Part shown: in pieces, positions 26,243-33,555 of the stretch
How positions within the stretch are numbered: the stretch's first letter is position 1
Layout: the number at the start of each line of letters is the position of its first letter
DNA from: Candidatus Micrarchaeota archaeon
GTDB taxonomy: Archaea; Micrarchaeota; Micrarchaeia; Micrarchaeales; CABMGC01
Assembly: GCA_027328265.1 (NCBI GenBank)
Contig: DAHVVD010000029.1
Coordinates: 1-33,555 of the forward strand
Direction: 5' to 3'
DNA: 33,555 nucleotides
Translations under genes and position numbers: made by a program
The notes under the pieces: generated by a model
What the model was told of the DNA's origin: nothing
Databases searched by the model: none
What the model saw: only the letters and a program-made list of their open reading frames with translations

Positions 26243-26350
26243 ATCGCAGTATACTGCCCTCCTCAAATATATAAAATTTGGCACGTGCGTCCCAGCCCCT
26301 ATTAGCTAGTCTTTTAAATCATAACTGCATAGAGGGTAATAGGTGGCAGA

Positions 26351-27958
26351 GTGCTCTTCTCCCTGGTCTATACTCTGTTCTCGATACTGCTCTCAATAGG
26401 CAACATCAACGCACTCATACCCATAATGGTCATAATAATACTCATTGTAGCTGCTGCCGGCGCGAGCAGGGGCTTCAGCATCTTCAACATCTTCGGCGTC
26501 TCCTCCCTTCTCGGAGGCGGGGTAGGTTCAGGCGGAGGCTCGTCCAACCTGGCAAGGAGCGGCTACAGCCTCAGAGGATTCCTGGACATAAGGGGCACGC
26601 CGACGAATCCAAGGGGAAGGGCCACGCTTAAGAAAGTAGTCAATAAGTACTTCGGAAAAGAATCACCAGATAACTACCTCTATTCAATGTTCGGCGGGAA
26701 AAAGAAGATCACTTTCGGCGGCAGGGATATAGGCGTCATAAAATTCAAGCCAGGAAGCGACCAGAAAAGGGTGGCGAAACTTGCAAAGATAGACGCCGAG
26801 GCAAGGTTCCTGTATGACCGATATAACTCCGGGTCAGATCTCCACAAGCCTGGCACAGAAGTCATATCCGAATCCGAGCTGAAGAATCGCCAATCAATGA
26901 CCAGCGGAAAATTCATAAAGATGGCAACCGCTCCTTTTTTCTTCAGCAGCGCGCGCTACTGGGCTGAAGGAGGCAAGCGCTATGCCGAGGAGAGGAAAAA
27001 AGCAGAGGTTACCTCGTACAAGAAGATAGACATGTTGAATGAGAAGGAGGTTCTGCAAGGAGAGATAAATCAACTAAAAGCAAGGTTCGCTTTGTCTAAG
27101 AATGAGATAGACAGAATGATTATAATGCGGGACAAGGGCAACCTGCAGAAGCGCCTGAAAGCAATCGATGAGTCGCTGGGAGAGATCAAGAAGGCCTCCA
27201 GGCTCTCATTCGACCAATTCAGTTGGGCCTATGCAAAACAGCACAACAGACTGTACGGCCCGCCTGACAGCAACATCCGACAAAACCTGATGAACCCGCT
27301 GTATGGATTCTCAATATCCAACACCACAAACCGCATGAAGGAATCAGCAGATGCAGTGTCCAATGCGGTTAAAGGGGTGACACTTGGCACAACGGTTGGC
27401 ATGGCGCACCTTGTGGCGGGAGCCACCGGGGCCAACAAGAACGAGCGGGTGGCCAAGGCCCTGCACGACCTAAGTGCCGGAGCTGCCAAGGCTCAAGGCC
27501 TGGCTCTTTACGGGCCTGGCACCTATAAGACCAATCCAAGGACAGGAGAGATGACTGAGCCAGCGGAGCACCTGACCGCATCAGAGGCCAGAGAGAAGGC
27601 CAAAGCCATGACCGAGGAGTTCCACGAAAGGCTTGCAGACGCCGCTGAAGAATACAAAAGAGGCATAGAGAGTCGCCTCAAATCCTACGAGAAGGCCAAG
27701 GAAAAAGGTCATGTCAGCCAAGCTGATATCGAGAGCATAGAGGGGCTAAAGCAGGGCATATCATATGCCCTTGCCTACAACAAGGTCAAGGGCGTGTACC
27801 AGAAAGAGGCAAGGGAGAGGAGGAAAAGGGCGGAGGAGGCAGAGGGGAATGAGGATAGAAAAGCGAGAGAAGAGGAGTCAAGGGCATATGAAAAGGAGCG
27901 CGCCTCAAAGGCCAGGGAAAAAAGAAGGAGAAAAGGCGACTCCGAAAGGGAAAGTTAA
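26351..27958 (+). CDS. hypothetical N-terminally membrane-anchored coiled-coil protein with Gly-rich hinge and highly charged K/R/E tail
   Basis: Two N-terminal hydrophobic segments, then GGGVGSGGGSS. Heptad-like stretches (EKEVLQGEINQLKARFALSKNEIDRMII ... LQKRLKAIDESLGEIKK). C-terminal ~60 aa are almost only K/R/E/A. GTG start preceded by SD-like aggtgg. No family recognised. Confidence 0.6.
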   Translation: MLFSLVYTLFSILLSIGNINALIPIMVIIILIVAAAGASRGFSIFNIFGVSSLLGGGVGSGGGSSNLARSGYSLRGFLDIRGTPTNPRGRATLKKVVNKYFGKESPDNYLYSMFGGKKKITFGGRDIGVIKFKPGSDQKRVAKLAKIDAEARFLYDRYNSGSDLHKPGTEVISESELKNRQSMTSGKFIKMATAPFFFSSARYWAEGGKRYAEERKKAEVTSYKKIDMLNEKEVLQGEINQLKARFALSKNEIDRMIIMRDKGNLQKRLKAIDESLGEIKKASRLSFDQFSWAYAKQHNRLYGPPDSNIRQNLMNPLYGFSISNTTNRMKESADAVSNAVKGVTLGTTVGMAHLVAGATGANKNERVAKALHDLSAGAAKAQGLALYGPGTYKTNPRTGEMTEPAEHLTASEAREKAKAMTEEFHERLADAAEEYKRGIESRLKSYEKAKEKGHVSQADIESIEGLKQGISYALAYNKVKGVYQKEARERRKRAEEAEGNEDRKAREEESRAYEKERASKAREKRRRKGDSERES

Positions 27959-28038
27959 AGCGGCGCCGAACAAAACACCTAGACTGCTTCTTCCCCTTTG
28001 ATAAAGATAGCGATTATATTATTATAGTTTATCATAAT

Positions 28039-29541
28039 ATGGGCTTCATGCAAAATAGAAGCAGGATTTCGCTTCTGCTACTTTCGTTCGTTCTCATATC
28101 TGCCTTCACTTTTGTCGGTGCGCAATTCATTTCCACCCCATCTCCAACACCAACCCCTACTCCTAACCCAACTCCAGCCCCGGCCCCAGCGCCTGCTCCA
28201 AGCCCACTTCCAGTTTCCTCAACTTCTACACCTACAACTTCAACCTCCTCAACCACAACATCTCCACTTCCTCAAGGACCAACTGCTGAATGCACTGCGA
28301 TTTTTGGAAGTGGCACCTCAGCCAGTACCTCTGCGCTCCAGGCGCTTGGTCTCTCTGCTGCCATATCTAGGAACGCAATCTCAGCCTCCCTTCTTGCGCT
28401 CATCATCTCTTTCGATGTAGTTGGCATAGGCTACATGATAAGCAAGCTTATTCCTGAATCGAAGGTCAGGGGCTGGCTCGGCAAGGAATACTGGGAGGTT
28501 GCAAAGTCTGTTATACTGGTTGGCAGCATATTTTCAATACTAACATTCATCAGCGGCTTAGGCATCTCGCTGACAGGCAGCGGCACCCCTGGAACATACT
28601 CATCAAACATCCAGAACCTTGTCTCCAGCTCAGAAAGCTACCTATGCACAGTAAACAACCAGGTGAACCTCGCAATAAACAACGTAGTCCCGCTGATAAT
28701 AGGGATAGGTTTCCTGAAGAGCATTCAAATAAATTATGAAGGATTCCCTATACCTCCTGTTCCAATTCCTATAGCCCCCGAACTCCCTGTCCTCAGGGCA
28801 GGCATCTCCTTCAAGCTCTTCGACAATTTGCTTTATGGCGTCGCTTTCACCTATTTGGGCTTCGGTCTATCTGCATTCCTAGATATGCTTCTCTTCCTAA
28901 TCATTCCAGCTAAAGTCTTTTTCGCGGGCCAGGTGCTCATACTTCCATACTTGGTGAGCTTGGGACTTATAGTGCTGATACCTACAGGCCTCATAATGCG
29001 CGCCTTCCCATTTTCCAGAGGCATAGGCGGCACCCTGATAGCTTTCGGAATAGGCATTGCCATTGTATGGCCCACCATTCTAATACTTTTCAATGCTCCA
29101 ATATCCAATTACTTCTGCAGAGTCCTATCAACGAACTACTGCCTGCCTCTTGGTCCGTCCCCTTCAGCTGCGCAGACTACCATCCAGCTCTACAACGCGC
29201 CTGAGACAATCCAGGCTACTAGCGAATGCAATGGCGCCACCTTGGGCCTTGGAGCCACCGGGAACGTTCCCGGAGGGTTGCTCCTTGCACTAGTTTGCCA
29301 GCCGCTTGCCAATTGGTGGATCTCTACTGGCTATACTGAATTCTCATTGCCCTGGCAGAGTGCCATATCATTCTTCCCCTCGCTCAACGTCCTGCTAGAC
29401 AATAGCCTATACTTGGATCTCCAATTCTTCGTGCTCTTCATTCTGGATCTTCTGATCGCTTATACAATAACCGACAACATTGCAAAAATGCTGGGCGGCA
29501 CGATCCGCGTTAGCCTTGGCAATAAGCTGAAACTGGTGTAA
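28039..29541 (+). CDS. paralog 1 of uncharacterised polytopic membrane protein family (signal peptide plus Pro/Thr-rich linker)
   Basis: Signal peptide ...FTFVGA|QF, a 50-aa P/T/S/A linker, multiple TM segments, 6 Cys, shared motifs (KEYWEV ... ; MRAFPFSRGIGG ... VWP), and C-terminal tail LGGTIRVSLGNKLKLV. Confidence 0.7.
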   Translation: MGFMQNRSRISLLLLSFVLISAFTFVGAQFISTPSPTPTPTPNPTPAPAPAPAPSPLPVSSTSTPTTSTSSTTTSPLPQGPTAECTAIFGSGTSASTSALQALGLSAAISRNAISASLLALIISFDVVGIGYMISKLIPESKVRGWLGKEYWEVAKSVILVGSIFSILTFISGLGISLTGSGTPGTYSSNIQNLVSSSESYLCTVNNQVNLAINNVVPLIIGIGFLKSIQINYEGFPIPPVPIPIAPELPVLRAGISFKLFDNLLYGVAFTYLGFGLSAFLDMLLFLIIPAKVFFAGQVLILPYLVSLGLIVLIPTGLIMRAFPFSRGIGGTLIAFGIGIAIVWPTILILFNAPISNYFCRVLSTNYCLPLGPSPSAAQTTIQLYNAPETIQATSECNGATLGLGATGNVPGGLLLALVCQPLANWWISTGYTEFSLPWQSAISFFPSLNVLLDNSLYLDLQFFVLFILDLLIAYTITDNIAKMLGGTIRVSLGNKLKLV

Positions 29542-29543
29542 TT

Positions 29544-30821
29544 ATGTTTTGGAACCTACTCACTACCAATTTCCTAAACCTGTGCAGTGCCAACATTTCC
29601 TACCTCAACCACAACAACTGGATAGGGATAACTCTGCTTGTCGTTCTCACCTTCATGATGGTGGGCGCAGCGGCTTACGGTCTCAGCGGCATCCTTCCAG
29701 TAAACATGAGGGAGAAGATAAGGGGCTCTGTCAAGTATGAATACGTCCAAGGCGTCTTCAGCATTGTGCTCGTAGCCGCGATCTTCGCAATCTCGCTCAC
29801 GGCATGCAGCGTTGAGGGCGCCATAACCTCAAGCGCTACCAAGTTAGGCGGCCCTCCCTTGGGAGTCACGCCAGCCTGCGGCACATCTTACACCGATCCA
29901 TTCCAGTTCTCTAACTGCTACGTCGGAAACCTCCTCTTCTCAAAGGGCACAGCCCTGGTATCGGGAATGATATCTGAAGGCTTCTTCCTCTTTGCCGAGG
30001 GCAATCTCCTCTACTTCGTTGTCAACAGCGCGGCTCAAAAACTGCCCAAAGCGGCAGGTGCAGGCACTCTCTTCGGAGCCATAAACTGGGGTTTCGACAT
30101 CTCTCCCTCAATATCCAATTCGGAGGGCCCTGCAGAAATATTCTACGATTACAGTTTCATCTTGGTCCTCGTCTTCGAGACGATAATAGTAGCAACCTTC
30201 GGCCTTCTATTTCTGCTCTTCCTGAGCCTCGGCTTCATAGAGCTGCTCTCACTCACGCTGGTCCTTCCCGTAGCCATAGCCATGCGCTGCATATCCTTTG
30301 CAGGCCCCAAATTGAAGGAAGCCTCCAACGCATTCATAGCAATCGCAATAGCCTTCTATTTTGTCTTCCCTGTAACGATAGCGATGAACTACTACATAGT
30401 CAACTGGACCTATTGCTCCAACGGCGGGGCGTGCAATCCATACGCAGAGAGCTATCTCAGCACCTATACGCTAAACACGCTTCCGCTAATTAACCTCTTC
30501 TCAAACCCCGAAAACGTAGTTCTGGGTTCAGGAACAGGAGCCGGAGGCCTCAACCTTAACCTGCCTCTCAACTTTTACGGCGCGGTGATGCAGAGCAACG
30601 GCGGTTTCATAAACATGGTAGCTAACATCTTCGTCGCAGCGGTAGCCCTGCCCAACGTTATGAACAACTACACCACACAGACCGCGCAATTCGTCTTCGA
30701 GGGCATCTTCCTGATAGCACTTGACCTTGCGATAACCGTGGGCTTTTCGGTTGGATTTTTCAAGGGGCTTGAGACAGTAGGTCAGATACTGGCTGTAGGG
30801 CCGGTCTGGGGAGGAGGTTAA
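29544..30821 (+). CDS. paralog 2 of uncharacterised polytopic membrane protein family
   Basis: Starts 2 nt after the upstream stop. Shares the motifs (REKIRGSVKYEYVQGVFSIVLVAAIF; AMRCISFAGPK ... FVFP). No obvious cleavable signal peptide. Confidence 0.7.
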   Translation: MFWNLLTTNFLNLCSANISYLNHNNWIGITLLVVLTFMMVGAAAYGLSGILPVNMREKIRGSVKYEYVQGVFSIVLVAAIFAISLTACSVEGAITSSATKLGGPPLGVTPACGTSYTDPFQFSNCYVGNLLFSKGTALVSGMISEGFFLFAEGNLLYFVVNSAAQKLPKAAGAGTLFGAINWGFDISPSISNSEGPAEIFYDYSFILVLVFETIIVATFGLLFLLFLSLGFIELLSLTLVLPVAIAMRCISFAGPKLKEASNAFIAIAIAFYFVFPVTIAMNYYIVNWTYCSNGGACNPYAESYLSTYTLNTLPLINLFSNPENVVLGSGTGAGGLNLNLPLNFYGAVMQSNGGFINMVANIFVAAVALPNVMNNYTTQTAQFVFEGIFLIALDLAITVGFSVGFFKGLETVGQILAVGPVWGGG

Positions 30822-32333
30822 ATGGAGAAGACAGCACTGCTTTACCTCTCTGTTTTCATCCTTGCCTCATTGTCAATGCCAATCCTCACCAACGCTCAGG
30901 GCCCTCTCCCAGGAACATCTCCTGGGCCGGTTTCCAACCCTTCCTATCCGCTAACATCGAACGTCTCAGTCTTCTATAACTGGCTGCCTGTGATCATAGT
31001 GGCGGTCTTTGCAGCCGTGGGCCTGACAGCAATCTACTACGGACTGGGAGCGTTGCTTAACAACCAGAGGGTAAAGACCAACGCGATAAATGAATTCTAT
31101 CAGGTACTGGGCACCGTGGTTGTGGTAATAATAATACTGGCTATCTTCAGCGTCTATGGAAGTGCCATAATAGCCGACGGGCCCCTGACTACCGCCCTTG
31201 CCAACATCTGCGGCAGCAACCAGCTAGGCTCTGCCAACACAATGGTGAATTTCCTAAGCAGCAATTCGCTTGACACCGCCACTACAGGGCCAACAAGCCA
31301 GATATGCGCCGATATTGTCGCGGTAGGCCAGGGCAGCGGCATAACCTCGAAGATAGACTACGGCCTCGGCGCCACTTACGCCATAATAGCAAACCTCACC
31401 AATCAGGAGGCTGAGAGCCTAAATGCCGTAAACGTATTCGAAACCTATGCCTCAACCCTCAACAGCTTCCTTCCCACTGAGAGCCTCTGCTGGCCAGCTA
31501 CATGCGCCGACACGAATCTGTTGCCTTCAGGCTACATAGTATACCAATACAGGCCCTGGTCCCTGTACGACAAGATAAGGGGCATGACGCTTTACGTGGG
31601 CGCCGAGGCCCTCCTCTCATTCTACATCAGCATAATGCAGCTCATAGTGATAATAATGCTGCTCTTCGCCTGGCCATACATACTTGCAGCAGGCATAATC
31701 CTGAGAGCCTCATTCTTCACGCGCAAGGCAGGCGGCCTGCTCATAGCGATAGTTATCGTCGCTATTATCCTGTATCCCCTACTCAACCTTTTCGAGTATG
31801 CATCGCTGAGCAACACCCTGTCCAGTCCCATAGGTGCGAGCAAGATACCCGCATTCACCCTCAAGGGCCAGGCGCCATGTTCATTGACCTCGCTATTTAC
31901 AGGATGCGGAATAAAAAATCCAGCTCCTGTGATAGATTACACCGACACCAAGCTCAACTTCTATGTGCTGCCCAACCTTGAATATGTACTGAACCTAGAT
32001 GGCTGCTGGCCGCCGGCAGGAAATGTCTTCCTCTCTGATGCGCTGATCGCGGGAGCCTACAGCATACCTGGTTACGCCACCTTTCTTGCCATAAAGGACA
32101 TCATAGGCGCATTCGTAAGCTCGCTCCCATCGCCTCCGATACCATGGTTCAGTTGCAATCCAGGTAACGCCATACAATCCATTGTCGACTTGGCGAAATT
32201 CTATGGCATGGTCTTCGTCACTACTGTTCTCCTGCCTGTATTGAACATACTGATACTCCTCTCCGGGGTCAAGAACATCTCCAGCCTGCTAGGCGGAGAT
32301 ACCAGGATACTGGGACTTGGCAAATTGGTTTAG
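30822..32333 (+). CDS. paralog 3 of uncharacterised polytopic membrane protein family
   Basis: ATG abuts the upstream TAA and is preceded by a strong SD (ggaggaggt). Signal peptide ...ILTNA|QG, 8 Cys, motif LRASFFTRKAGG ... ILYP, and C-terminal tail LGGDTRILGLGKLV. Confidence 0.7.
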   Translation: MEKTALLYLSVFILASLSMPILTNAQGPLPGTSPGPVSNPSYPLTSNVSVFYNWLPVIIVAVFAAVGLTAIYYGLGALLNNQRVKTNAINEFYQVLGTVVVVIIILAIFSVYGSAIIADGPLTTALANICGSNQLGSANTMVNFLSSNSLDTATTGPTSQICADIVAVGQGSGITSKIDYGLGATYAIIANLTNQEAESLNAVNVFETYASTLNSFLPTESLCWPATCADTNLLPSGYIVYQYRPWSLYDKIRGMTLYVGAEALLSFYISIMQLIVIIMLLFAWPYILAAGIILRASFFTRKAGGLLIAIVIVAIILYPLLNLFEYASLSNTLSSPIGASKIPAFTLKGQAPCSLTSLFTGCGIKNPAPVIDYTDTKLNFYVLPNLEYVLNLDGCWPPAGNVFLSDALIAGAYSIPGYATFLAIKDIIGAFVSSLPSPPIPWFSCNPGNAIQSIVDLAKFYGMVFVTTVLLPVLNILILLSGVKNISSLLGGDTRILGLGKLV

Positions 32334-32340
32334 TGATCAT

Positions 32341-33555
32341 ATGAGCAGAACCAAAATCTTTTATATCGCAATCTTCCTCCTCTCGCTAGCGCTACTGCCC
32401 TCCTTTTCCAATGCACAAACAGCCACGCCTGGGTTCGGTTTCGGCTCCTACTGCTCGAGCTTCTATCAGAATGCCAACGGAGCAGTGAGCAACGCGTTTG
32501 TCAAAGGGGTCTTCTCCGGCGGGATAGTCTCGCTAGCCCTGCTTATCGTGCTCTTCGTTGTTGTCTCCCTCTCGGTAGTCTACGGCATAGGCATTGGATT
32601 CGGGATAAACAAGCTGACCGAATTCGCGAAGACCGAGTACATAGAGAGCTTTTTCAACATCGTGCTAATCATAGTGCTTGCTGGCTCATTCATGACTATC
32701 GGCAAATACGCGCAGTTCTTTACCAGTCTCGCCTCGTCAAACCTGCCCTCTACCAGCCAGCCAAACCTTGGCGGAAGCGTCATAAGCATGTACGAAGGCA
32801 TATGCACAGGGCTCATATACAGCCAGATACTCCCATCTATCGGCGCAATCTATTCCATATATGCTGCACAGATGCCGTACTCTGCGATCTCCAGCTTAAA
32901 GATAAACCTCAACATTCCGGCACTCACGACTGGCATGGCATCTGATTTCATTCCGTCATTCTCATTCGGCCCCTGGGAAGGCCTCAACATATATGGGGAC
33001 GTGCTGCTTTTCGAGTTTGCGCCTCTTGCCATGATACTCTTCCTTGGGATTTCTGTAATCTTCCTTTTCTACCTGATCTATTTCCTTTTTCCCGTCTTCC
33101 TTTACCTCGGTGTCCTGCTGCGCTCCTTCCCATGGACCCGCGCCGCTGGCGGCTCGATGCTCGCGCTTTTCATCTCCTTCTACATAATTTTCCCTGCGCT
33201 CTACTATCCATTCTCAGTGCTTGGCAATACGTATCTTTCAAGCCTCGGCTCCGCTTCACTCCAGCAGGAGATATGCTCCCTAATGGGCCAGATAGGAAAC
33301 TGCAAAAATTACCAATCCCCAGGGACATTCAGCACCATATTCAACTATGCATCTACACTCTTTTCCAATTTCTTCACTGCGTCCAGCTCGATCTTACTCG
33401 CATTTACCGGCCCAGGGAACCTCTTCATTGTAGTGAGCGAGACTTACACCAACGTTATCGCAGCATCGATACTCAAGCTCCTCGGCCTGACGATAGCATT
33501 TATCATCTCCTTCGACCTTCTCGAGGCTCTTGGAGACTTCCTTGGCTCCCCATCG
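32341..33555 (+). CDS. paralog 4 of uncharacterised polytopic membrane protein family (3'-truncated by window end)
   Basis: Not in the ORF track because no stop falls in the window. I translated 405 codons with no stop: MSRTKIFYIAIFLLSLALLPSFSNA|QTATPGFGF ... Motifs NKLTEFAKTEYIESFFNIVLIIVLAGSF and LRSFPWTRAAGGSMLALFISFYIIFP. Confidence 0.65.
   Translation, partial: MSRTKIFYIAIFLLSLALLPSFSNAQTATPGFGFGSYCSSFYQNANGAVSNAFVKGVFSGGIVSLALLIVLFVVVSLSVVYGIGIGFGINKLTEFAKTEYIESFFNIVLIIVLAGSFMTIGKYAQFFTSLASSNLPSTSQPNLGGSVISMYEGICTGLIYSQILPSIGAIYSIYAAQMPYSAISSLKINLNIPALTTGMASDFIPSFSFGPWEGLNIYGDVLLFEFAPLAMILFLGISVIFLFYLIYFLFPVFLYLGVLLRSFPWTRAAGGSMLALFISFYIIFPALYYPFSVLGNTYLSSLGSASLQQEICSLMGQIGNCKNYQSPGTFSTIFNYASTLFSNFFTASSSILLAFTGPGNLFIVVSETYTNVIAASILKLLGLTIAFIISFDLLEALGDFLGSPS

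Noticed and set aside
26026-26244. 72-aa ORF on the minus strand.
   Set aside because: Its 5' portion is simply the tRNA-His gene (26172-26242) read as codons, so it is not a plausible CDS.
23843-26350. Integrated mobile element targeting tRNA-His, suggested by the segment between uS5 and tRNA-His that interrupts the r-protein cluster.
   Set aside because: No integrase, transposase, or other phage or plasmid genes are present. I found no direct repeat of the tRNA 3' half in the segment, and its composition looks like the host's. Operon fragmentation alone is insufficient evidence.
28032-28256. 74-aa antisense ORF with GAGAGAGVGLGVGVG repeats.
   Set aside because: It is the mirror image of the Pro/Thr/Ala linker of array paralog 1, an artefact of low-complexity sequence.

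Overview
This is an archaeal chromosomal segment. The evidence is an archaeal-order ribosomal protein cluster (Rpp29-uS17-uL14-uL24-eS4-uL5-uS14-uS8-uL6-eL32-eL19-uL18-uS5), class III (pilin-type) signal peptides, and AT-rich TATA-like boxes about 20-35 nt upstream of many start codons. By inference only, the 'QSAMEYLMTYGWAILII' pilin N-termini, an intron-bearing tRNA and the fragmented r-protein cluster suggest a small-genome DPANN/Micrarchaeota-like or Thermoplasmata-like organism.

Recognisable content, left to right:
- a class II Fic protein on an AT-rich islet
- TrpRS and a KaiC-like ATPase
- a wHTH-grpE-dnaK-dnaJ operon
- a NicO/RcnA-like metal transporter on a second AT-rich islet
- MGMT, UPF0147, tRNA-Arg(TCT) with an apparent 21-nt T-loop intron, and TatD
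- a DUF929 thioredoxin-like protein coupled to a CxC membrane protein
- a class I ribonucleotide reductase whose beta subunit carries class Ic hallmarks
- two paralogous type IV pilin-like genes, one fused to a LamG-like domain
- the r-protein cluster
- a bPH/rhodanese-like protein, a duplicated 4-TM module family, and tRNA-His

The most interesting part is the right-hand 7 kb (26351 to the window end). It encodes a membrane-anchored coiled-coil protein with a highly charged tail, followed by four tightly packed paralogous polytopic membrane proteins. Three of the four have signal peptides, and all have Cys-rich loops and shared motifs. I cannot assign them to any known family. This is a candidate undescribed envelope or cell-contact system. 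All calls come from reading the sequence and the ORF track; no searches were run.
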